Assembly: GCA_964057225.1 (NCBI GenBank)
Contig: OZ059895.1
Coordinates: 6,758,001 to 6,822,000, forward strand
Source of the DNA: Auanema rhodensis
Taxonomy: Eukaryota; Animalia; Nematoda
Direction of reading: 5' to 3'
DNA length: 64,000 bases
Part shown: piece by piece, positions 51,301 through 64,000 of the stretch
How positions within the stretch are numbered: the first letter of the stretch is position 1
Layout: each line of letters starts with the position of its first letter
Translations under genes and position numbers: made by a program
Notes under the pieces: generated by a model
Database searches by the model: none
Told to the model about the DNA's origin: nothing
The model's input: only the letters and a program-made list of their open reading frames with translations

Positions 51301-54300
51301 TGGAAAGCTCACTATATGTGAGCAACATTGATATTCCATCTTTCTGAAGATTCTGAAGCTTGTCTATCTCTTGATCGGAAATGTTTATTGTTCAGACAAT
51401 CTCAGTCTAGAGTTTTGAATGTTTTTCTGAAGAAGAATACGGTGCACGTGCCATTTGCCTTGAGGTATTCATCTTCATCTTTGGTTTAATTACCCTTGTT
51501 TGAGGTATTTTGATAATTCAACAAGGGTTACACCTGATGTTGAACTAAATTTTGGAAAGCTCACTATATGTGAGCAACATTGATATTCCATCTTTCTGAA
51601 GATTCGGAAGCTTGTCTATCTCTTGAATGGAAACGTTTATTGTTCAGACAATCTCAGTCTAGAGTTTTGAATGTTTTTCTGAAGAAGAATACGGTGCACG
51701 TGCCATTTGCCTTGAGGTATTCATCTTCAACTTTGGTTTAATTACCCAAGTTTGAGGTACTTTGATGATTCAACAAGGGTTACACCTGATGTTGAACTAA
51801 ATTTTGGAAAGCTCACTATATGTGAGCAACATTGATATTCCATCTTTCTGAAGATTCTGAAGCTTGTCTATCTCTTGATCGGAAATGTTTATTGTTCAGA
51901 CTATCTCAGCCTAGAGTTTTGAATGTTTTTCTGAAGAAGAATACGGTGCACGTGCCATTTGCCTTGAGGTATTCATCTTCATCTTTGGTTTAATTACCCA
52001 AGTTTGAGGTATTTTGATAATTCAACAACGGTTACACCTGATGTTGAACTAAATTTTGGAAAGCTCACTATATGTGAGCAACATTGATATTCCATCTTTC
52101 TGAAGATTCTGAAGCTTGTCTATCTCTTGATCGGAAATGTTTATTGTTCAGACAATCTCAGCCTAGAGTTTTGAATGTTTTTCTGAAGAAGAATACGGTG
52201 CACGTGCCATTTGCCTTGAGGTATTCATCTTCATCTTTGGTTTAATTACCCAAGTTTGAGGTACTTTGATGATTCAACAAGGGTTACACCTGATGTTGAA
52301 CTAAATTTTGGAAAGCTCACTATATGTGAGCAACATTGATATTCCATCTTTCTGAAGATTCTGAAGCTTGTCTATCTCTTGATCGGAAATGTTTATTGTT
52401 CAGACAATCTCAGCCTAGAGTTTTGAATGTTTTTCTGAAGAAGAATACGGTGCACGTGCCATTTGCCTTGAGGTATTCATCTTCATCTTTGGTTTAATTA
52501 CCCAAGTTTGAGGTATTTTGATAATTCAACAACGGTTACACCTGATGTTGAACTAAATTTTGGAAAGCTCACTATATGTGAGCAACATTGATATTCCATC
52601 TTTCTGAAGATTCTGAAGCTTGTCTATCTCTTGATCGGAAATGTTTATTGTTCAGACAATCTCAGCCTAGAGTTTTGAATGTTTTTCTGAAGAAGAATAC
52701 GGTGCACGTGCCATTTGCCTTGAGGTATTCATCTTCATCTTTGGTTTAATTACCCAAGTTTGAGGTACTTTGATGATTCAACAAGGGTTACACCTGATGT
52801 TGAACTAAATTTTGGAAAGCTCACTATATGTGAGCAACATTGATATTCCATCTTTCTGAAGATTCTGAAGCTTGTCTATCTCTTGATCGGAAATGTTTAT
52901 TGTTCAGACAATCTCAGTCTAGAGTTTTGAATGTTTTTCTGAAGAAGAATACGGTGCACGTGCCATTTGCCTTGAGGTATTCATCTTCATCTTTGGTTTA
53001 ATTACCCAAGTTTGAGGTATTTTGATAATTCAACAACGGTTACACCTGATGTTGAACTAAATTTTGGAAAGCTCACTATATGTGAGCAACATTGATATTC
53101 CATCTTTCTGAAGATTCTGAAGCTTGTCTATCTCTTGATCGGAAATGTTTATTGTTCAGACAATCTCAGTCTAGAGTTTTGAATGTTTTTCTGAAGAAGA
53201 ATACGGTGCACGTGCCATTTGCCTTGAGGTATTCATCTTCATCTTTGGTTTAATTACCCAAGTTTGAGGTATTTTGATAATTCAACAACGGTTACACCTG
53301 ATGTTGAACTAAATTTTGGAAAGCTCACTATATGTGAGCAACATTGATATTCCATCTTTCTGAAGATTCGGAAGCTTGTCTATCTCTTGAATGGAAACGT
53401 TTATTGTTCAGACAATCTCAGTCTAGAGTTTTGAATGTTTTTCTGAAGAAGAATACGGTGCACGTGCCATTTGCCTTGAGGTATTCATCTTCAACTTTGG
53501 TTTAATTACCCAAGTTTGAGGTACTTTGATGATTCAACAAGGGTTACACCTGATGTTGAACTAAATTTTGGAAAGCTCACTATATGTGAGCAACATTGAT
53601 ATTCCATCTTTCTGAAGATTCTGAAGCTTGTCTATCTCTTGATCGGAAATGTTTATTGTTCAGACAATCTCAGTCTAGAGTTTTGAATGTTTTTCTGAAG
53701 AAGAATACGGTGCACGTGCCATTTACCTTGAGGTATTCATCTTCATCTTTGGTTTAATTACCCAAGTTTGAGGTATTTTGATAATTCAACAACGGTTACA
53801 CCTGATGTTGAACTAAATTTTGGAAAGCTCACTATATGTGAGCAACATTGATATTCCATCTTTCTGAAGATTCGGAAGCTTGTCTATCTCTTGAATGGAA
53901 ACGTTTATTGTTCAGACAATCTCAGTCTAGAGTTTTGAATGTTTTTCTGAAGAAGAATACGGTGCACGTGCCATTTGCCTTGAGGTATTCATCTTCAACT
54001 TTGGTTTAATTACCCAAGTTTGAGGTACTTTGATGATTCAACAAGGGTTACACCTGATGTTGAACTAAATTTTGGAAAGCTCACTATATGTGAGCAACAT
54101 TGATATTCCATCTTTCTGAAGATTCTGAAGCTTGTCTATCTCTTGATCGGAAATGTTTATTGTTCAGACAATCTCAGCCTAGAGTTTTGAATGTTTTTCT
54201 GAAGAAGAATACGGTGCACGTGCCATTTACCTTGAGGTATTCATCTTCATCTTTGGTTTAATTACCCAAGTTTGAGGTATTTTGATAATTCAACAACGGT

Positions 54301-54722
54301 TACACCTGATGTTGAACTAAATTTTGGAAAGCTCACTATATGTGAGCAACATTGATATTCCATCTTTCTGAAGATTCTGAAGCTTGTCTATCTCTTGATC
54401 GGAAATGTTTATTGTTCAGACAATCTCAGCCTAGAGTTTTGAATGTTTTTCTGAAGAAGAATACGGTGCACGTGCCATTTGCCTTGAGGTATTCATCTTC
54501 ATCTTTGGTTTAATTACCCAAGTTTGAGGTATTTTGATAATTCAACAACGGTTACACCTGATGTTGAACTAAATTTTGGAAAGCTCACTATATGTGAGCA
54601 ACATTGATATTCCATCTTTCTGAAGATTCTGAAGCTTGTCTCTCTCTTGATCGGAAATGTTTATTGTTCAGACAATCTCAGCCTAGAGTTTTGAATGTTT
54701 TTCTGAAGAAGAATACGGTGCA
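36344..54722 (+). repeat. 252-bp satellite array, right block (about 73 monomers)
   Basis: Same monomer, orientation and register as the left block. Confidence 0.99.
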
Positions 54723-57700
54723 GAAAGATGGAATATCAATGTTGCTCACATATAGTGAGCTTTCCAAAACTTAGTTCAACATCAGGTGTAACCGTTGTTG
54801 AATTATCAAAGTACCTCAAACTTGGGTAATTAACCCAAAGATGAAGATGAATACCTCAAGGCAAATGGCACGTGCATCGTATTCTTCTTCAGAAAAACAT
54901 TCAAAACTCTAGGCTGAGATTGTCTGAACAATAAACATTTCCGATCAAGAGAGAGACAAGCTTCAGAATCTTCAGAAAGATGGAATATCAATGTTGCTCA
55001 CATATAGTGAGCTTTCCAAAATTTAGTTCAACATCAGGTGTAACCGTTGTTGAATTATCAAAATACCTCAAACTTGGGTAATTAAACCAAAGATGAAGAT
55101 GAATACCTCAAGGCAAATGGCACGTGCACCGTATTCTTCTTCAGAAAAACATTCAAAACTCTAGGCTGAGATTGTCTGAACAATAAACATTTCCGATCAA
55201 GAGATAGACAAGCTTCAGAATCTTCAGAAAGATGGAATATCAATGTTGCTCACATATGGTGAGCTTTCCAAAATTTAGTTCAACATCAGGTGTAACCGTT
55301 GTTGAATTATCAAAATACCTCAAACTTGGGTAATTAAACCAAAGATGAAGATGAATACCTCAAGGCAAATGGCACGTGCACCGTATTCTTCTTCAGAAAA
55401 AACATTCAAAACTCTAGACTGAGATTGTCTGAACAATAAACATTTCCGATCAAGAGATAGACAAGCTTCAGAATCTTCAGAAAGATGGAATATCAATGTT
55501 GCTCACATATAGTGAGCTTTCCAAAATTTAGTTCAACATCAGGTGTAACCCTTGTTGAATCATCAAAGTACCTCAAACTTGGGTAATTAAACCAAAGATG
55601 AAGATGAATACCTCAAGGCAAATGGCACGTGCACCGTATTCTTCTTCAGAAAAACATTCAAAACTCTAGGCTGAGATTGTCTGAACAATAAACATTTCCG
55701 ATCAAGAGATAGACAAGCTTCAGAATCTTCAGAAAGATGGAATATCAATGTTGCTCACATATAGTGAGCTTTCCAAAATTTAGTTCAACATCAGGTGTAA
55801 CCGTTGTTGAATTATCAAAATACCTCAAACTTGGGTAATTAAACCAAAGATGAAGATGAATACCTCAAGGCAAATGGCACGTGCACCGTATTCTTCTTCA
55901 GAAAAACATTCAAAACTCTAGACTGAGATTGTCTGAACAATAAACATTTCCGATCAAGAGATAGACAAGCTTCAGAATCTTCAGAAAGATGGAATATCAA
56001 TGTTGCTCACATATAGTGAGCTTTCCAAAATTTAGTTCAACATCAGGTGTAACCCTTGTTGAATCATCAAAGTACCTCAAACTTGGGTAATTAAACCAAA
56101 GTTGAAGATGAATACCTCAAGGCAAATGGCACGTGCACCGTATTCTTCTTCAGAAAAACATTCAAAACTCTAGGCTGAGATTGTCTGAACAATAAACATT
56201 TCCGATCAAGAGATAGACAAGCTTCAGAATCTTCAGAAAGATGGAATATCAATGTTGCTCACATATAGTGAGCTTTCCAAAATTTAGTTCAACATCAGGT
56301 GTAACCGTTGTTGAATTATCAAAATACCTCAAACTTGGGTAATTAAACCAAAGATGAAGATGAATACCTCAAGGCAAATGGCACGTGCACCGTATTCTTC
56401 TTCAGAAAAACATTCAAAACTCTAGACTGAGATTGTCTGAACAATAAACGTTTCCATTCAAGAGATAGACAAGCTTCCGAATCTTCAGAAAGATGGAATA
56501 TCAATGTTGCTCACATATAGTGAGCTTTCCAAAATTTAGTTCAACATCAGGTGTAACCCTTGTTGAATTATCAAAATACCTCAAACAAGGGTAATTAAAC
56601 CAAAGATGAAGATGAATACCTCAAGGCAAATGGCACGTGCACCGTATTCTTCTTCAGAAAAACATTCAAAACTCTAGACTGAGATTGTCTGAACAATAAA
56701 CATTTCCGATCAAGAGATAGACAAGCTTCAGAATCTTCAGAAAGATGGAATATCAATGTTGCTCACATATAGTGAGCTTTCCAAAATTTAGTTCAACATC
56801 AGGTGTAACCGTTGTTGAATTATCAAAATACCTCAAACTTGGGTAATTAAACCAAAGATGAAGATGAATACCTCAAGGCAAATGGCACGTGCACCGTATT
56901 CTTCTTCAGAAAAACATTCAAAACTCTAGACTGAGATTGTCTGAACAATAAACATTTCCGATCAAGAGATAGACAAGCTTCAGAATCTTCAGAAAGATGG
57001 AATATCAATGTTGCTCACATATAGTGAGCTTTCCAAAATTTAGTTCAACATCAGGTGTAACCGTTGTTGAATTATCAAAATACCTCAAACTTGGGTAATT
57101 AAACCAAAGATGAAGATGAATACCTCAAGGCAAATGGCACGTGCACCGTATTCTTCTTCAGAAAAACATTCAAAACTCTAGGCTGAGATTGTCTGAACAA
57201 TAAACATTTCCGATCAAGAGATAGACAAGCTTCAGAATCTTCAGAAAGATGGAATATCAATGTTGCTCACATATAGTGAGCTTTCCAAAATTTAGTTCAA
57301 CATCAGGTGTAACCGTTGTTGAATTATCAAAATACCTCAAACTTGGGTAATTAAACCAAAGATGAAGATGAATACCTCAAGGCAAATGGCACGTGCACCG
57401 TATTCTTCTTCAGAAAAAACATTCAAAACTCTAGACTGAGATTGTCTGAACAATAAACATTTCCGATCAAGAGATAGACAAGCTTCAGAATCTTCAGAAA
57501 GATGGAATATCAATGTTGCTCACATATAGTGAGCTTTCCAAAATTTAGTTCAACATCAGGTGTAACCCTTGTTGAATCATCAAAGTACCTCAAACTTGGG
57601 TAATTAAACCAAAGATGAAGATGAATACCTCAAGGCAAATGGCACGTGCACCGTATTCTTCTTCAGAAAAACATTCAAAACTCTAGGCTGAGATTGTCTG

Positions 57701-57949
57701 AACAATAAACATTTCCGATCAAGAGATAGACAAGCTTCAGAATCTTCAGAAAGATGGAATATCAATGTTGCTCACATATAGTGAGCTTTCCAAAATTTAG
57801 TTCAACATCAGGTGTAACCCTTGTTGAATCATCAAAGTACCTCAAACTTGGGTAATTAAACCAAAGATGAAGATGAATACCTCAAGGCAAATGGCACGTG
57901 CACCGTATTCTTCTTCAGAAAAACATTCAAAACTCTAGGCTGAGATTGT
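54721..57949 (-). repeat. Inverted satellite block 1 (about 12.8 monomers)
   Basis: Sequence switches to the reverse-complement monomer CAGAAAGATGGAATATC... at 54721. Confidence 0.97.
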
Positions 57950-57958
57950 TTTTGTTTT

Positions 57959-59699
57959 TCGGAAATGTTTATTGTTCAGACAATCAGTTTGAGGTACTTT
58001 GATGATTCAACAAGGATTACACCTGATGTTGAACTAAATTTTGGAAAGCTCACTATATGTGAGCAACATTGATATTCCATTTTTCTGCAGATTCTGAAGC
58101 TTGTCTATCTCTTGATCGGAAATGTTTATTGTTCAGACAATCTCAACCTAGAGTTTTGAATGTTTTTCTGAAGAAGAATACGGTGCACGTGCCATTTGCC
58201 TTCAGGTATTCATCTTCATCTTTGGTTTAATTACCCAAGTTTGAGGTACTTTGATGATTCAACAAGGGTTACACCTGATGTTGAACTAAATTTTGGAAAG
58301 CTCACTATATGTGAGCAACATTGATATTTCATCTTTCTGAAGATTCTGAAGCTTGTCTATCTCTTGATCGGAAATGTTTATTGTCCAGACAATCTCAGCC
58401 TAGAGTTTTGAATGTTTTTCTGAAGAAGAATACGGTGCACGTGCCATTTGCCTTGAGGTATTCATCTTCATCTTTGGTTTAATTACCCAAGTTTGAGGTA
58501 TTTTGATAATTCAACAACGGTTACACCTGATGTTGAACTAAATTTTGGAAAGCTCACTATATGTGAGCAACATTGATATTCCATCTTTCTGAAGATTCTG
58601 AAGCTTGTCTATCTCTTGATCGGAAATGTTTATTGTTCAGACAATCTCAGTCTAGAGTTTTGAATGTTTTTCTGAAGAAGAATACGGTGCACGTGCCATT
58701 TACCTTGAGGTATTCATCTTCATCTTTGGTTTAATTACCCAAGTTTGAGGTATTTTGATAATTCAACAACGGTTACACCTGATGTTGAACTAAATTTTGG
58801 AAAGCTCACTATATGTGAGCAACATTGATATTCCATCTTTCTGAAGATTCGGAAGCTTGTCTATCTCTTGAATGGAAACGTTTATTGTTCAGACAATCTC
58901 AGTCTAGAGTTTTGAATGTTTTTCTGAAGAAGAATACGGTGCACGTGCCATTTGCCTTGAGGTATTCATCTTCAACTTTGGTTTAATTACCCAAGTTTGA
59001 GGTACTTTGATGATTCAACAAGGGTTACACCTGATGTTGAACTAAATTTTGGAAAGCTCACTATATGTGAGCAACATTGATATTCCATCTTTCTGAAGAT
59101 TCTGAAGCTTGTCTATCTCTTGATCGGAAATGTTTATTGTTCAGACAATCTCAGCCTAGAGTTTTGAATGTTTTTCTGAAGAAGAATACGGTGCACGTGC
59201 CATTTACCTTGAGGTATTCATCTTCATCTTTGGTTTAATTACCCAAGTTTGAGGTATTTTGATAATTCAACAACGGTTACACCTGATGTTGAACTAAATT
59301 TTGGAAAGCTCACTATATGTGAGCAACATTGATATTCCATCTTTCTGAAGATTCTGAAGCTTGTCTATCTCTTGATCGGAAATGTTTATTGTTCAGACAA
59401 TCTCAGCCTAGAGTTTTGAATGTTTTTCTGAAGAAGAATACGGTGCACGTGCCATTTGCCTTGAGGTATTCATCTTCATCTTTGGTTTAATTACCCAAGT
59501 TTGAGGTATTTTGATAATTCAACAACGGTTACACCTGATGTTGAACTAAATTTTGGAAAGCTCACTATATGTGAGCAACATTGATATTCCATCTTTCTGA
59601 AGATTCTGAAGCTTGTCTCTCTCTTGATCGGAAATGTTTATTGTTCAGACAATCTCAGCCTAGAGTTTTGAATGTTTTTCTGAAGAAGAATACGGTGCA
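57959..59699 (+). repeat. Forward satellite block between the inversions
   Basis: Forward monomers resume after a T-rich filler and a monomer with a ~95-bp deletion. Confidence 0.95.
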
Positions 59700-62600
59700 G
59701 AAAGATGGAATATCAATGTTGCTCACATATAGTGAGCTTTCCAAAACTTAGTTCAACATCAGGTGTAACCGTTGTTGAATTATCAAAGTACCTCAAACTT
59801 GGGTAATTAACCCAAAGATGAAGATGAATACCTCAAGGCAAATGGCACGTGCATCGTATTCTTCTTCAGAAAAACATTCAAAACTCTAGGCTGAGATTGT
59901 CTGAACAATAAACATTTCCGATCAAGAGAGAGACAAGCTTCAGAATCTTCAGAAAGATGGAATATCAATGTTGCTCACATATAGTGAGCTTTCCAAAATT
60001 TAGTTCAACATCAGGTGTAACCGTTGTTGAATTATCAAAATACCTCAAACTTGGGTAATTAAACCAAAGATGAAGATGAATACCTCAAGGCAAATGGCAC
60101 GTGCACCGTATTCTTCTTCAGAAAAACATTCAAAACTCTAGGCTGAGATTGTCTGAACAATAAACATTTCCGATCAAGAGATAGACAAGCTTCAGAATCT
60201 TCAGAAAGATGGAATATCAATGTTGCTCACATATGGTGAGCTTTCCAAAATTTAGTTCAACATCAGGTGTAACCGTTGTTGAATTATCAAAATACCTCAA
60301 ACTTGGGTAATTAAACCAAAGATGAAGATGAATACCTCAAGGCAAATGGCACGTGCACCGTATTCTTCTTCAGAAAAAACATTCAAAACTCTAGACTGAG
60401 ATTGTCTGAACAATAAACATTTCCGATCAAGAGATAGACAAGCTTCAGAATCTTCAGAAAGATGGAATATCAATGTTGCTCACATATAGTGAGCTTTCCA
60501 AAATTTAGTTCAACATCAGGTGTAACCCTTGTTGAATCATCAAAGTACCTCAAACTTGGGTAATTAAACCAAAGATGAAGATGAATACCTCAAGGCAAAT
60601 GGCACGTGCACCGTATTCTTCTTCAGAAAAACATTCAAAACTCTAGGCTGAGATTGTCTGAACAATAAACATTTCCGATCAAGAGATAGACAAGCTTCAG
60701 AATCTTCAGAAAGATGGAATATCAATGTTGCTCACATATAGTGAGCTTTCCAAAATTTAGTTCAACATCAGGTGTAACCGTTGTTGAATTATCAAAATAC
60801 CTCAAACTTGGGTAATTAAACCAAAGATGAAGATGAATACCTCAAGGCAAATGGCACGTGCACCGTATTCTTCTTCAGAAAAACATTCAAAACTCTAGAC
60901 TGAGATTGTCTGAACAATAAACATTTCCGATCAAGAGATAGACAAGCTTCAGAATCTTCAGAAAGATGGAATATCAATGTTGCTCACATATAGTGAGCTT
61001 TCCAAAATTTAGTTCAACATCAGGTGTAACCCTTGTTGAATCATCAAAGTACCTCAAACTTGGGTAATTAAACCAAAGTTGAAGATGAATACCTCAAGGC
61101 AAATGGCACGTGCACCGTATTCTTCTTCAGAAAAACATTCAAAACTCTAGGCTGAGATTGTCTGAACAATAAACATTTCCGATCAAGAGATAGACAAGCT
61201 TCAGAATCTTCAGAAAGATGGAATATCAATGTTGCTCACATATAGTGAGCTTTCCAAAATTTAGTTCAACATCAGGTGTAACCGTTGTTGAATTATCAAA
61301 ATACCTCAAACTTGGGTAATTAAACCAAAGATGAAGATGAATACCTCAAGGCAAATGGCACGTGCACCGTATTCTTCTTCAGAAAAACATTCAAAACTCT
61401 AGACTGAGATTGTCTGAACAATAAACGTTTCCATTCAAGAGATAGACAAGCTTCCGAATCTTCAGAAAGATGGAATATCAATGTTGCTCACATATAGTGA
61501 GCTTTCCAAAATTTAGTTCAACATCAGGTGTAACCCTTGTTGAATTATCAAAATACCTCAAACAAGGGTAATTAAACCAAAGATGAAGATGAATACCTCA
61601 AGGCAAATGGCACGTGCACCGTATTCTTCTTCAGAAAAACATTCAAAACTCTAGACTGAGATTGTCTGAACAATAAACATTTCCGATCAAGAGATAGACA
61701 AGCTTCAGAATCTTCAGAAAGATGGAATATCAATGTTGCTCACATATAGTGAGCTTTCCAAAATTTAGTTCAACATCAGGTGTAACCGTTGTTGAATTAT
61801 CAAAATACCTCAAACTTGGGTAATTAAACCAAAGATGAAGATGAATACCTCAAGGCAAATGGCACGTGCACCGTATTCTTCTTCAGAAAAACATTCAAAA
61901 CTCTAGACTGAGATTGTCTGAACAATAAACATTTCCGATCAAGAGATAGACAAGCTTCAGAATCTTCAGAAAGATGGAATATCAATGTTGCTCACATATA
62001 GTGAGCTTTCCAAAATTTAGTTCAACATCAGGTGTAACCGTTGTTGAATTATCAAAATACCTCAAACTTGGGTAATTAAACCAAAGATGAAGATGAATAC
62101 CTCAAGGCAAATGGCACGTGCACCGTATTCTTCTTCAGAAAAACATTCAAAACTCTAGGCTGAGATTGTCTGAACAATAAACATTTCCGATCAAGAGATA
62201 GACAAGCTTCAGAATCTTCAGAAAGATGGAATATCAATGTTGCTCACATATAGTGAGCTTTCCAAAATTTAGTTCAACATCAGGTGTAACCGTTGTTGAA
62301 TTATCAAAATACCTCAAACTTGGGTAATTAAACCAAAGATGAAGATGAATACCTCAAGGCAAATGGCACGTGCACCGTATTCTTCTTCAGAAAAAACATT
62401 CAAAACTCTAGACTGAGATTGTCTGAACAATAAACATTTCCGATCAAGAGATAGACAAGCTTCAGAATCTTCAGAAAGATGGAATATCAATGTTGCTCAC
62501 ATATAGTGAGCTTTCCAAAATTTAGTTCAACATCAGGTGTAACCCTTGTTGAATCATCAAAGTACCTCAAACTTGGGTAATTAAACCAAAGATGAAGATG

Positions 62601-62926
62601 AATACCTCAAGGCAAATGGCACGTGCACCGTATTCTTCTTCAGAAAAACATTCAAAACTCTAGGCTGAGATTGTCTGAACAATAAACATTTCCGATCAAG
62701 AGATAGACAAGCTTCAGAATCTTCAGAAAGATGGAATATCAATGTTGCTCACATATAGTGAGCTTTCCAAAATTTAGTTCAACATCAGGTGTAACCCTTG
62801 TTGAATCATCAAAGTACCTCAAACTTGGGTAATTAAACCAAAGATGAAGATGAATACCTCAAGGCAAATGGCACGTGCACCGTATTCTTCTTCAGAAAAA
62901 CATTCAAAACTCTAGGCTGAGATTGT
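59698..62926 (-). repeat. Inverted satellite block 2 (copy of block 1)
   Basis: Same junctions and private SNPs as 54721-57949, offset by 4977 bp. Confidence 0.97.
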
Positions 62927-62935
62927 TTTTGTTTT

Positions 62936-64000
62936 TCGGAAATGTTTATTGTTCAGACAATCAGTTTGAGGTACTTTGATGATTCAACAAGGATTACACC
63001 TGATGTTGAACTAAATTTTGGAAAGCTCACTATATGTGAGCAACATTGATATTCCATTTTTCTGCAGATTCTGAAGCTTGTCTATCTCTTGATCGGAAAT
63101 GTTTATTGTTCAGACAATCTCAACCTAGAGTTTTGAATGTTTTTCTGAAGAAGAATACGGTGCACGTGCCATTTGCCTTCAGGTATTCATCTTCATCTTT
63201 GGTTTAATTACCCAAGTTTGAGGTACTTTGATGATTCAACAAGGGTTACACCTGATGTTGAACTAAATTTTGGAAAGCTCACTATATGTGAGCAACATTG
63301 ATATTTCATCTTTCTGAAGATTCTGAAGCTTGTCTATCTCTTGATCGGAAATGTTTATTGTCCAGACAATCTCAGCCTAGAGTTTTGAATGTTTTTCTGA
63401 AGAAGAATACGGTGCACGTGCCATTTGCCTTGAGGTATTCATCTTCATCTTTGGTTTAATTACCCAAGTTTGAGGTACTTTGATGATTCAACAAGGGTTA
63501 CACCTGATGTTGAACTAAATTTTGGAAAGCTCACTATATGTGAGCAACATTGATATTCCATCTTTCTGAAGATTCTGAAGCTTGTCTATCTCTTGATCGG
63601 AAATGTTTATTGTTCAGACAATCTCAGCCTAGAGTTTTGAATGTTTTTCTGAAGAAGAATACGGTGCACGTGCCATTTGCCTTGAGGTATTCATCTTCAT
63701 CTTTGGTTTAATTACCCAAGTTTGAGGTACTTTGATGATTCAACAACGGTTACACCTGATGTTGAACTAAATTTTGGAAAGCTCACTATATGTGAGCAAC
63801 ATTGATATTCCATTTTTCTGCAGATTCTGAAGCTTGTCTATCTCTTGATCGGAAATGTTTATTGTTCAGACAATCTCAACCTAGAGTTTTGAATGTTTTT
63901 CTGAAGAAGAATACGGTGCACGTGCCATTTGCCTTGAGGTATTCATCTTCATCTTTGGTTTAATTACCCAAGTTTGAGGTACTTTGATGATTCAACAAGG
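62936..64000 (+). repeat. Forward satellite, runs off the window
   Basis: Forward monomers continue to the window end. Confidence 0.96.

Noticed and set aside
1-64000. Calling the satellite centromeric or naming the host species
   Set aside because: Cannot be shown from sequence. A nematode-like host would be holocentric, and CENP-A ChIP or a database match would be needed.

Overview
Eukaryotic DNA: a highly homogeneous 252-bp tandem satellite array (about 47 kb of the window) interrupted by one complete 17,056-bp Polinton/Maverick element (19288-36343). The element has AG...CT termini, roughly 575-645-bp terminal inverted repeats and a 6-bp GGTATT target-site duplication. It carries a full virus-like gene set: chromodomain retroviral-type integrase, packaging ATPase, minor and major capsid proteins, adenain-like protease, a pVI-like core protein and a C2H2 zinc-finger protein. 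Its protein-primed DNA polymerase B looks fragmented in the ORF track but can be rebuilt by hand as one intact 1370-aa gene with 14 exons and 13 spliceosomal introns (twelve of 42-52 nt, one of them GC-AG, plus a 1.3-kb repeat-filled intron). The capsid, ATPase, protease and integrase genes have no introns. Intron size and TTTCAG/TTACAG-type acceptors suggest a nematode-like host (inference only). The right-hand satellite contains a 3.2-kb inversion that was then duplicated as a 4977-bp unit. All family assignments rest on motifs recognised by eye; no database searches were run.
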